The notes below the pieces were generated by a model. That model ran no database searches and was not told the origin of the DNA. It saw only the letters and a program-made list of their open reading frames with translations. From Azolla caroliniana (taxonomy: Eukaryota; Plantae; Polypodiophyta): a stretch of DNA of 64,000 nt. The first letter of the stretch is position 1. Every line of letters starts with the position of its first letter. The position numbers and the translations under genes were made by a program. Of this stretch, positions 37,750 to 50,400 are shown one piece after another. The stretch covers positions 17,856,001-17,920,000 of the forward strand of contig JBHGNT010000017.1 of assembly GCA_043228905.1 (NCBI GenBank). The letters are read 5' to 3'.

Positions 37750-39654
37750 CGAGGAGTAAGACACAGAGTATACGCAAGGTAGATTATATTAACAAAGGAG
37801 AAAGACTCAACATAATACAAGGTGGGAGGAGGGTGCTTTATATAGTCACCCTCTCTCTTCATTAACTACAAGACTCATGGAGCATGGGGAATGTGAAAGC
37901 TCATAAGTTATGTGTCATAGAATATGATTCTATCACTCATACTAAATGCTAGAATACAAAGAGGTGACATAATGGTGACTCTTGACCGTTGGAGTGTCTA
38001 TTCACTCTCAAGGCGAGTTCACACACTAGACCAAGTTGAGCTTGATTCTCAACACCCTTCACCACACCGGACCACGTCCGGGTCTTGGCTGTTTTCTTCC
38101 GGCCGGCTTTGTCCTTCTTGACTATGCCGCTACTTGTTTTGACCTTTTCAGATGTGCCGACTCCTTTGGTCAGCTTGACTTCCTTTTTCCTCTTGTCTCC
38201 CCCTTTGTTGGTTCTTTCTTCCTCACCGGCTCCTTGTCCGGTGCCATCTGTTCCCTTTCCTTTTCTCCCCCTCTAGTGCAACACGTCGAGATGCTGAACA
38301 CCAAGCATTTCGGTGAAGTGCTGCAACTTGTCCGATCCGAGTAGTTTGGTGAAGATATCAGCAATTTGCCGATCCGTCTGAACATACTGAAGTTCTACTT
38401 TACCGCTCAAAACCCGCTCATGCACAAAGTGATAGTGGACTTCTATGTGCTTCGTCCGAGCATGGAACACGGGGTTCTTGGCGAGCTGAATGCTGCTCAT
38501 GTTGTCACAATAGAGCAGGATCGGGGTCGGGACCTCAAACCGCAGGTCTTGCAGCAGTCGCCGAAGCCATATGGCTTCACAGGTGGCATTGGTAGCGCCC
38601 CGATATTCAGCCTCAGTGCTTGACAGAGCCACTATTGACTGCTTTTTGCTGCTCCACACAACAACTGTGCTACCTAGAGAAAACATGTAACCGGAGGTGG
38701 ATCGACGATCCGAATGCATCACCAGCCCAGTCGGCATCTATATATCCGACTAGTTCTTCAGTTATACCATGCCGGTATAACAGTTCCGAATCCTTCGTGC
38801 CGTTCACATACCGGAGTATTCGATGTGCGCAATGAAGGTGCTCGACGGTCGGCTTTTGCACTAACTGGCTGATCACTCCGACCGGGTAACTGAGGTCAGG
38901 TCGAGTGATTGTTAAGTATATCAGGCTTCCGACGATTTGTCGGAACCATTTCTCATCACAGGCTGGTCCAGAGTTGGGACGGAGCTTCTGGTTTTGGTCT
39001 AGGGGTGTGGACATAGGTCGGCACTCCGTCATACCGAACGTGTACAACATATTCAACACATAGTGTCGTTGTGAGAGCAATATGCCGTCTGGGGTTTGGA
39101 TCACCTCGATCCTGAGAAAATAATGAAGGTCCCCCAGGTCCTTCATCTCAAATGCGTCCAATAGTTGGGACTTTACTCGACCGATTTCATTGAGTCTGGG
39201 TCTGGTGATGACAAAATCATCCACATAAAGTAGGATACAAACCGGACCGTTTGGACCTTGCCGGATGAACAACGACGAGTTAGATTTAGAGGTCACAAAC
39301 TCCATCTTACGCAACCGGTGCGTGATCTTCGCATTCCAAGCTCGGAGGGCTTGTTTCAGACCGTAAAGTGACTTTTGAGCTGGCACACCGCTGACTTGTT
39401 CATCTCCGACTAAAAACTGGGAGGTTGGATCATATAGACCCGTTCTTGAAGGTCACCTTGAAGAAACACATTCTTCACATCCATCTGGTGAAGATGCCAC
39501 CCCCTTGCCGCGGTAACCGCTAGTACCACATGAACCGTCATCATCTTCACTACCGGGGCGAAGGTCTCGTCATAATCGATTCCTTGGGTCTGTGTGTATC
39601 CCTTTGCCACTAACTGGGCCTTGTACCAGTGAACCAAACCGACGGCATTGTACT

Positions 39655-42600
39655 TGAAAAGAATGGCGTGCGGAAGCAATATAGGAAACCGAATAACAGA
39701 AAACGCAGGTTTAATGGAAAGCTTAGGTTTGCACAGTACACACGGGAGAGACAGAGAGAGTAAAAACCAGAATTATGTTAAAAAATAATACTCAATCTAT
39801 ACATAGTGTGTGTTCAATGAACACTTTTATAGAAGTCCTTTTCGAACTGACAGAAGTACTGACAGTACTTCAATGCTCATTAAGTAGCCCCTACACTAAC
39901 TCCCAAATATATTCCTTGCGGAATATCTTTCCGATGGCCTCCCGGTTTCTGCACCGATCCGGCCTTCCTACGCACCGGTCTGCGTACCGGTTTCCAACGG
40001 ATCCGGCCGATGTTGAGCTTGTCTCAACACTCCCCTTCAAGCTCATCTTGAGGCTCTTCCGGATCTTCTGGATCACCGTTCCGGTTCCTCCTGGCTCCAC
40101 GCCTCGCTCGCGCTCCTCGGCCTGTTCGACTCCGCGCGCTTCGATCCTTCCAGTCGGCTTGTCTGCTCCCACGGCCCTTTACAACTCCCTTGTTGTCGCG
40201 GTGTTGGTGCTTCTGCTACTGCCTTCTTTTCCGCTCAGCCCTCAGTTGATTCAGTGTATCCGAATCAAACATCCGATCGGTTTTTGCTCTCGTCCGAGTT
40301 GGTTGTCTCCAACTCATCTTCGGTCTTCTCGCCTTTGACGGCGTCATCTCCCCCATGCTTGGTTGGCTTCGGCTCTTTCTTTCGGCTGCTCCCCTTATGT
40401 CCGCTTTTGGACTCTTCCACGGATCCGCCCTTGGCTTCTTCAACCGATCTGAAGTCGAATTCGTCACCTGACTCGGTGTCTGACTCGGTTGCGCGGCCTC
40501 TTCCGCTCCTTTCCTCCTCCCTTCCATGGTCATCCGGGACGTCTCTCTCCCTCAAGTTTGGCACGTCGAGGTGACGCAACCCAAGCGCACCCGAGCACTG
40601 CTGCAACTTATCCAGACCAAGAGGCTTGGTGAAGATGTCGGCGGTTTGACGATCCGTCGGAACATACTGAAGTTCGACTTCACCGAAGAGGACATGCTCA
40701 CGGACAAAATGGTAGTGCACCTCAATGTGCTTGGTTCGTGCGTGGAAAATGGGGTTCTTCGCGAGCTGGATGCTGCTGAGGTTGTTGCAGTAGATCATCG
40801 TCGAATCAGACACCTCCTCTTGCAGGTCCTTAAGTAGCCGCTTCAACCATATGGCTTCGCATGTCGCGACAGCCGCTCCTCGGTACTCATCTTCGGTGCT
40901 CAACAGTGCAACTATCGACTGCTTCTTACTGCTCCACGCGATCGCGGCACTCCCAAGAGAGAACGCGTATCCGGATGTGGATCGGCAATTAGTGGCGTTG
41001 CCAACCCAATCAACATCAGTGTAGCCGACCAACTGCGAGGTTGTACCGGTCCGATATAGCAGTCCCCGATCCTTAGTGCCACTTACGTACCGCAGTACAT
41101 GTTGCGCACACTGAAGGTGCTCCTTGGTAGGTTGCGCCATGAACTGACTGATCACCCCGACCGGATAACTGAGATCGGGTCGGGTGATTGTCAAGTAGAT
41201 AAGGCTTCCGACAATTTGTCGGAACCTTGTCGGGTCGCATACCTTTCCGAAATTGGGGCGAAGCTTGACGGTTCTATCTAGAGAAGTCGACACGGACTTA
41301 CAGTCAGCCATCCCAAATTTGAAGAGCATACTCAGCACATAATGGCATTGGCTGATCAATATGCCTTCGGGGGTACGGGTCACTTCGATCCCGAGGAAGT
41401 AATGAAGATCCCCCAGATCCTTCATGTCGAACGATGCCGCAAGTTGGAGCTTCACGCGGTCGATTTCACCTAGGTCGGTGCCGGTGATGACCAAGTCATC
41501 AACATATAGTAAAATACTGACCGAACCAAGTCGACCTTTCCAGATGAACAGGGAAGAGTCTGATTTTGACGTTGCAAAACCAATCCGATGCAGTTGCTGC
41601 GTGATCTTTGCGTTCCAGGCACGCGGGGCTTGCTTCAGTCCGTAAAGGGACTTCTTCAATAGGCACATTGCCGACGTGTTCGTTCCGGAGTGAAATCCGG
41701 GGGGCTCTAACATGTACACCTGTTCCTCAAGCTCACCTTGTAGGAACACATTCTTTACATCCATCTGATGTAAGTGCCACCCCTTTGTCATAGCTATCGT
41801 GAGCAAAACACGGACGGTCATCAACTTCGCGATCGGCGCAAACGTCTCATCGTAGTCGATGCCGTGTTTCTACATGTAGCCTTTTGCCACTAACCGGGCC
41901 TTGTATCGGTTGACTGAGCTGTCAGTGTTGTACTTGACCTTGTACACCCACCTACATCCGATCGGCTTCACACCCTTCGGTGCGTCAACCAGGTCCCAGG
42001 TCTCGTTTTCCACCAATGCGTGCATCTCTTCCTCCATCGCGGCACGCCAATTTGCGTCCTTAGCCGCTTCTGCGTAGCTCTCCGGCTCATGCACTTCCGC
42101 TACACAGCTCGTGTACGCATAATGATGTTCCATGTACTCGTTGTATCCGAACCACACAACTAGGTTCTTCTGGCGGGTAGATCGGTGTAATTGCTCATTA
42201 GCCGTTGTCGAGGCTTTCTTGACCGACGTGGACTTTGGTCTCGAAGACCCGCCGTCACTTCCCTCGGAGTCGGAATCGCGTCGATCCGACTCGTTCCTAT
42301 CCGTGCCGTAATCCGACACCTTCTTCTTCCCTTTTTCTTTGTGCGTAAGCCGTCTCCTCGGCTTCCTGCGCGGGGAATGCACGGCCAAGTCTCCACTACT
42401 CGCCGGCTCTTCATCGGACTGGTCGAACCGACTCAGTTGTCCATTCGGTCCACTTAACCGAAACAAAATCGGACTCTCTTCGCGGGTCCCGATTTCAGGC
42501 TCATCCGAAGGCATCTCGGCCTCGCTGACCTCATTGCCAGAATTCAGATTGGAGGTGAGGTCCGGAGTCGGAGGTAAGTACCAAGACACGGACTTGTCAA

Positions 42601-45332
42601 ACACAACGTCGCGGCTCACGGGCGCTTGTTTGGTGCGCGGGTTGTAACACTTATAACCCTTCTGCTCGTTTGAGTAAATGACCAAGATACATTTCTCGGC
42701 CTTTGCATCCAGCTTTCTCCGTTACTCCTTCGGCACATGCACATAGGCAATGCTATCGAAAACGCGTAAGTGTCGCAAGTTCGGCTTCGTTCCGAAGTAT
42801 AGCTCGCGCGCCAACACTTTTTCTCCGATCCGATTCTGGATGTATACCACAGTCCTTACAACCTCGGCCCAGTAGAACTTGGGCAAGCTCTTCTCCTCCA
42901 GCATTGCCCGTGTCGCTTCCACAACCGACCGATTTTTTCTCTCGGCCACACCGTTTTGCTCTGGCGTGTATCTACAACTGAATTCACGCCGAATTCTCAT
43001 CTGTTGTAGATAATCGTTGAATTGACCGGAAAAGTATTCTTTTCCACCATCCAACCGCAAACACTTGATCTTTCTTCCTGTTTCCGTTTCCACGAACCCT
43101 TTGAGGTTCCGGAAACAATTGAAGATTTCTCTCTTCCTCTCAATGAGGTAGATCCACGTGTGCCGCACGTAGTCGTCGATGAAGGAGACGAAATATCAGC
43201 TCCCGCCAAGACTAACGTTTTGTGCCTGCCCCCACACATCAGAGTGTATCAAGTCGAGCTTGTTCCAGCTCCGGTTACGCTCGTTGGGGAAAGGAAGTCA
43301 ATGCTGCTTCTCAAGCTGGCAGGCTTCACAAATTTGTGCCTTTCGGCCACTAAATTTGGGCAATCCGAACACCACTTGTTTCGATTGCAGGTCTTGAAGC
43401 CGCTGGTAGTTGACATGGCCTATTCGCTTGTGCCATAAGTCGATGTCCGACTCGACATTTTGTCCCTTCGTGAACATTGCGGTGCCACCGTTAGTAGAGT
43501 CGAGGATGAACATCCTCCCATCTCTATGCCCTTGCGCAATGACACAGCCTTCTTCCTCAATGCAGCACCCGAGGTGTGTAAACCGGACCTCCATCCCTTG
43601 GTCGACGATCTATTCGACCGACACTAAGTTCTTCGTGATTGTCGGAACGTGTAGCACGTTCATGAGTTTCCCTTTTTGCTCGACATGGCTCAGGGGAACT
43701 TCTTCGACATTCGTGATCGGATGCGGAGTGTCTTCTCCGGTTGTGACTACTCCCGGTTGCATCGGGTTTTCAAGGTACGAGAACCACTCCTTATGGTTTG
43801 TCATGTGATTTGACGTGCCGGAGTCGACGTACCACACCTCGTCTGATTTTGGAGTGGTCTGCTTCATTGAGTTTGCTTCGTGTCTCACCACGAAGGCAGA
43901 CCCTTTTCCGACTTTTCCGGATCCTTCGGCATAGTGCGATAACTGCCGGTTTCCTTTGTCGGTATGTCTGGAACCAGATCTGGAACCGGTCCTCTCCGAC
44001 TCAGCGCGCTTTTTCCAACACTCACTCTCCCTATGGCCTTTCTTGCCACAATACTAGCATTCCGTGGCGGGTTTCCCTTGCCGGTTCTCATCGCCTCGAC
44101 TCCCCCTGTTTCCGGAGGGTCCGGAATTGCTGTCGTCATCATTTCGGCCGCCTCCATTGCGTACTGACTTGCCTCGTCCTCCATGTTCACGGGGCCTATC
44201 TCCCTCCGTGTACATCATCTTGCTATTGGTGTGCGTGCTCGTTGACGCACCCGCGTGGTTCTCCTCTATCAGAAGCATCGACTGTAAGTCAAAAAAGGAC
44301 GGCGTATTCTCGTGGGTACACACAACAGTTTGGAACGTACTGAACTTCGATGCCAAACCCCCGAGACAGACCTTGACCATCTCGCTTTCCTCGATGTTCA
44401 CATCGATAGAAGCGAACGAGTCTTATATGTCCTTGATCTTCGAGGTATAGTCAGCCACCAACAAATCACATTGTCGTAGGTTGCTCAACTCCTGTCGGAG
44501 CTGAAGTTTCCTGGTTGTGGTGCTCATGGCAAAGATCTGCTTCAGATTTTCCCATGCACCCTTCGGCGTTTTTGCATCCCAAACGTAGCTTAATAGCTGT
44601 TCACCCACACAAGACGCGAAATAGTATAGCACTCTGCTCGCCGATTGTTCCCACGCCAGGAAGTCTTTGTGTGTCGATTCGGGTGCCGCGTCATTCGCTC
44701 CTTCGACATAGCTCCAGTAACCGTGCGCAAGCAAGCACCGGTGCATCTTGTAGAACCAAGATGCGTAGTTGGTTCTGTCGAGCTTCTCCGTCGAAAGCAA
44801 GCTAGCCATTCCTCTACCCATCGGTTTTCTTGTTCTTCTTCGTTGGTTTTTCCTTCAAGCAAAGTCGATTGCAGTGGTTCTCAACCCTCGCGCTCTGATG
44901 CCCTGAAAAGAATGGCGTGCAGAAGCAATATAGGAAACTGAACAATAGAAAACGCAGGTTTAATGGAAAGCTTAGGTTTGCACAATATACACGGGAGAGA
45001 CAGAGAGAGTAAAAACTAGAATTATATTAAAAAATAATACTCAATCTATACATAGTGTGTGTTCAATGAACACTTTTATACAAGTCCTTTTCGGACTGAC
45101 AGAAGTACTGACAATACTTCAATGCTCATTAAGGAGCCCCTACACTAACTCCCAAATATATTCCTTGCGGAATATCTTTCCGATGGCCTCCCGGTTTCTG
45201 CACGGATCCGACCTTCCTACGCACCGGTCTACGTACCGGTTTCCAACCAATCCGGCCTAACCAATTGGTCCCAACAATCCGGTCCTCGACTTGCTCAGCC
45301 GATCCGGCCAATGTTGAGCTTGTCTCTCAACA
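39655..45332 (-). mobile_element. Complete but degenerate Copia element B2; LTRs 44904-45332 (5') and 39655-40029 (3', ~50-bp deletion); TSD GTACT
   Basis: Matching LTRs. Mutated PBS gctctgatgccc at 44892-44903, PPT from 40030. Fragmented gag/pro/INT/RT ORFs, including 40265-41824 (YVDD, TADIFTK). Confidence 0.92.
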
Positions 45333-47415
45333 GTACTTTACCTTGTACACTCATTTGCAACCGATCGGTTTACAGTGCTGGGGAGGGTCAACGAGGTCCC
45401 ATGTGTCGTTGGCATCTAGTGCTCGCATTTCTTCCTCCATAGAGGCACGCCAATTTGCGTCCTTTGCCGCTTTTGTGTAGCTCTTCGGCTCACACACTTT
45501 CGCCACCTTAGTCATGAACACATAATGATGCGCCATGTACTCATTGTACTCGTACCGCGTAACGGGGTTCTTCAAGCGGGAAGACCAGCGTAACTTGGTA
45601 TTACTCGGTTTGGGGCCCTTCTTGGGCAAGTCGGACTTTGTCCTCGAAGATCCACCTTCATCCTCTCCGGAGTCGGATTCACTCCGATCCGACTCAACGT
45701 TGCCAGTTTCGTATTCCGGCATCTTCTTCTTCCCCTTCTCTTTGCGTGTGAACTGTCTCCTCAGTTCCTTGCGCGGGGAGAGCATGGCAGAGTCTCCACT
45801 ACTTGCCAGTTCCTCATCCGACTGGTCATCCCGACTCAGTCACTCATTCGGTCCACTTAGCCGGAATCACATCGGACTCTCTTCTAGAGTGCCGAAGTCT
45901 TCATCTTCTACCTAGACCTCCTCAGGCTCACTAGCCTCATCTTCCGGAATCGGGTTTTCGTCGGGAGTTGGAGTCAGTAAGGAGTACCATGATGCCATCT
46001 CATCAAACTCGACATCTCGGCTTACTCGGACCTGCTTAGTTCGGGGGTTATAGCACTTATACCCCTTTTGCTCATGCGAGTAACCGACTAGAATGCACTT
46101 CTCCGACTTCGGATCTAGCTTCCTCCGCTTCCCATCTGGTACATGCACATATGCTATGCTACCGAATATCCAAAGGTGTCTCAAATTCGGCTTTCGCCCG
46201 AAATACAGCGCATGTGTTGACACCTTGTCACTGATCCGGTTTTGGATGTAGACGGTTGTCCGGACCGCCTCCGCCCGGTAGAAATGGGGCATGCTCTTCT
46301 CCTCTAGCATTGCCCTTGCCGTGTCGACAATCGACCGATTCTTCCTTTTGGCCACACTGTTTTGCTCTAGTGTGTACCTGCAGCTGAATTCTCTCTTAAT
46401 TCCGTTTTGTTGCATATAACTGTTGAATTGGCCGGAAAAGTATTCTTTCCCGCCATTTGACCGCAAGCACTTGATCTTCCTCTCCGTTTCCCATTCAACC
46501 AAGCTTTGAAGGTTTTGGAAACACTCAAAGACTTCGCTCTTCCTCTCGATGAGGTAGATCCACGTGTGCCAGCTATAGTCGTCGATGAAGGAGACAAAAT
46601 ACCGACTCCCACCAAGACTAACGTTTTGTGTTGGTCCTCATACATCCGAATGGATTAATTCGAGCTTGTTATGGCTCCGGTTTCAATCGGTGGGGAATGG
46701 AAGCCGGTGTTGCTTACAGAGTTGGTAGGCTTCACAAATTTCGGCAAACCGAAAACGACTTGTTTCAATTGCAGGTCTTGAAGCCTCCGATAATTGACGT
46801 GGCTGATCCGCTTGTGCCACAGGTCGATGTTCGATTCGACCTTCTGCCCTTTCGTAAACATAGTGGTGTAGGCATCATTAGTGTTGAGGATGAACATCCT
46901 CCCGTCTCTACGCCCTTGCGCAATTATCCAGCCGTCTTCCTCGATAAAGCACCCTAGGTGCGTAAACCGCACCTGCATCCCCTGGTCGGCAATTTGCCCA
47001 ACTAACACTAGGTTCTTTCTGATAGTCGAAACGTGTAGTACATTGTCATGGAGAAAACCGTCCCTAGGAGGAAACGAGAGAAACCGTGCACGAACCAGCC
47101 CGTCCATGTGTGGGCGTGTGAATTGATAACTTGTACATAATTATGTGTAGGGAGGCTGATGTAAATATACTAGGTGCGACACATTTATTAGGAAATCGAT
47201 GTGTATCTCTGTCCGAAGGGACACAGAATAAAGTAATGACTGTGACTGAAGGAGAAGGGACTCTCCCCAACGACCTACATAAGGAAGAAGAGAAGGAAGA
47301 ACAGACCATCGTGCGTTAGCGAGGACGAAGTGTTGTCGAGCCGTGTACCGAGCTCTCTCTCTCCTCCTTCAGTTGTCATTCTCGGCGGGTTTTTTTTGGA
47401 GATCGTCGCCTTTAC

Positions 47416-50400
47416 TGTTGGGAAATCGTCTCTTCGATTCACCTTCACCTCTCGGCCACAACCGAGTAAGCGCAAATCAATGGAGCAGAAAATAGGAACC
47501 ACAAAGAGAAACAAAACGCGAACACACAGGGATTAACGTGGAAAACCCTAGACGGGAAAAAACCACGGTAGTACAAGACTCCAAACCAACACTATACAGA
47601 GAAGTATACAATGACGAGCTGCAAGGCGACGACCTTGAGCTCGCTGTCCTCGCCACAGGAGGCGGAAAATACAAAGAGGCGTCGTCCTCTTCCTCTCTCG
47701 CGCTCTATCTCTCTCTCTCTCTCACGGCTGCTCCCTCTTCACTCCTCTTGAGTGGAAAAACAGAAAAATGATAAGCAACATCAAAACAGTTTGCCCTAAG
47801 TCATATTTATACATATATGACTTTGGGGCTATTTACAACTATAGCCTCAGGGGCCCATAGCAGACATATTCACGGATATGTCCCTGCATTCGGGTCGCTC
47901 TCCGGGTACATTCGTCATCCGGCTCCGAAGTCGGGGTCTTCATCATTCGGTTCCGAAACCGAAACCGGGCTTGTCGGCATTCATCTTCGACATCCGACCA
48001 TCCCATCCGAAGGGACCGTAGTCCCGACAAACTCCCCCTTCACTTCGGCATGGGATGTCTTTCCAATCCGATCCTCTTCCGGCATGCTTCCAGCTTGTCG
48101 GGTGTGAGCACCTTGGTCAGCATATCCGACCCGTTCTCGTCCGTGTGGATCTTTGTCAGCACGAACTCCTTGTCTTCTATCCTTTCCCGGATCCAGTGAT
48201 ATCTTCGCTGGATGTGCTTCGTCCGGGAGTGATAGGCTGCGTTCTTCGCAAGGTGAATTGCACTCTGACTGTCGCAGTAGAGTCGGTACTCCTCCTGCCG
48301 GATACCAAGCTCTCTAATGAAGTCCTTCATCCATATTATTTCCTTGCCGGCTTCAACAGCTGCCATGTACTCCGCCTCCGTGGTTGACAACGCAACCGTC
48401 TTCTGCAGCCTCGACTGCCACGAAACAGCCCCCCCTGCATACGTCATCACATACCCTGATGTGGACCGGCTGGTATCTGCATCAGCCGACATATCCGAAT
48501 CGGTGAAGCCGTCGAGTTCGGGCTTACCGGAGCCGAATCGGAGGCACACGTTTGCCGTGCCCTTCAGGTATCGGAGTATCCACTTGGCCGCGTTCCAATG
48601 CTCTTTGCCGGGATTGCTCATGTACCGGCTCACCACTCCGACTGCATATCCTATGTCCGGTCTCGTACACACCATGGCGTACATCAAGCTCCCGACGGCT
48701 GAGGCATACGGCACTTTCATCATATCCTCCTTTTCAGCCTTTGTCTTGGGACTTTGCTTGCTGGACAGCTTGCAGTTTGCCGGGAGGGTCGATCCGACCG
48801 GTCTTGCTTCCGACATGTTGAACCGGTGAAGCACCTTCGTCACGTACTTCTCCTGAGACAGCCACAACTGCTTCTTCTTCCGGTCCCGGATGATGTGCAT
48901 CCCTAGTATTTGCCTCGCCGGACCCAGGTCCTTCATTGAGAAGGTTCGGTGAAGAGCCTTCTTCAGCATCCGTATCTTGACCTGGTCCCGTCCGACGATC
49001 AACATGTCGTCCACGTACAGGAGGAGTATTAGAAAGTCTCCTCCCTCGAACTTCTTCACAAACACGCAGTGGTCGGACTGCGTTTTGAGGTACCCTTCGT
49101 CGGTCATGAAGGAGTCGAACTTCCGGTACCATTGCCGGGGAGCCTGCTTCAGTCCGTAAAGGCTCTTCTTCAACCGGCATACCAGGTGCTCCTTCCCTTT
49201 CTTCTCGAATCCTTCCGGTTGCTGCATGTAGATCTCTTCATCGAGGTCACCGTGAAGGAATGCCGTCTTCACGTCCATCTGTTCTACCTCGAGGTCCATG
49301 CTTGCCGCTATGCTCAGCACCGTCCGGATGGAGGTCATCTTCACTACCGGGGCAAATATCTCGTCGAAGTCGACGCCCTTCTTCTGCTGAAACCCCTTCA
49401 CCACGATCCTGGCTTTGTATCTCGGAGGGTTTCCGGCATCTCCCGGTTTCAGCTTGAACACCCACTTGTTCGAAGTGCCCGCTTTCCTTTCGGCAACTCC
49501 ACAAGTTCATATGTGTGGTTCTCATGCAGGGAATCCATCTCGTCCTGCATGGCACTCAACCACCTGCGGCTCTGGGTGTCATGTTTTGCTTCTTCAAAGC
49601 TCTCCGGCTCCCCCTCGTCGGTTAGCAGCACGTGCTCTGGTTCCGGAAATCTCCGGGGGGCCCTTCTCTCTCTTAGAGGATATCTCCGTTCCGGAGCTTC
49701 GGTAATCGGTTCTTCCGATTCTTCTTCATCCGAATCCATTTCGGGATCGGGGCCGGTTCCAGTATCATTTTCATCTTCTTCGGCCGGTTCTGTTTCTTCA
49801 CCGTCTTCGGCCGGATCCTCGAGTGCTAACCGGTCCCTTGCCGGTCGGGACTGCTCCTCGTAGAGTTGATCCTCACCGGTCGACTTGGAGCTCTTCATCT
49901 TCTTCTCCGACTCCCAGTCGGCGAGTGTCTTGTCCTCCATGAAGATGATGTCTCGACTCCTGAATATCTTCTTGTCGACCGGGTCCCATACTCGGTAGCC
50001 GAACTCGTCGTCGCCGTAACCGAGGAATATGCATGGCCGGGTCTTTGGGTCTAGCTTTCCTCTCCGGTCTTTTGCCACATGCACGTATGCGAGACACCCG
50101 AACACCTTCAGATGCCGGTAGGACACTTCCTTACCGGTCCACACTTTCTGCGGCGTGTCTCCGTCCAAAGGTACTGAGGGTGATCTGTCTATCACGTATG
50201 TCGCCGTCGACATTGCCTCAGCCCAAAACCCCTTGGGTAATTTCGCGTGTGCCAGCATACTCCGGACCCTCTCCATTATGGTCCGGTTCATCCTCTCGGC
50301 CAGCCCGTTCAGTTCCGGCGTCTTCGGCACAGTAAACTCGAGTCGGATTCCCTTCGAGCGACAGTACTCCTGGAACTGCCCCCGGTATTCCCCTCCGTTA

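Larger units (their letters stand above)
32028..38054 (-). mobile_element. Complete Copia element C; LTRs 37639-38054 (5') and 32028-32437 (3'); TSD CCCTT
   Basis: LTR pair differs by ~8 substitutions plus (GA)n length. iMet PBS at 37627-37638, PPT at 32438-32450. Gag-pro-INT-RT-RH order with frameshifts. Confidence 0.93.
31236..47043 (-). mobile_element. Copia element B1 (host of C and B2): 3' LTR 31236-31631, PPT 31632-31644, pol pieces at 38060-39654 and 45338-47043; 5' part displaced
   Basis: The RT sequence resumes exactly across the GTACT TSD, and the 3' region resumes across the CCCTT TSD. RT (LLYVDD), RNaseH (QIADIFTK) and INT (RHLWIFGSIAYVHVP) are present but degenerate. Confidence 0.85.

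Noticed and set aside
49440-49480. Programmed ribosomal frameshift between INT and RT
   Set aside because: No slippery heptamer is apparent and Tnt1-like elements encode one continuous polyprotein. A 1-nt deletion is the simpler explanation.
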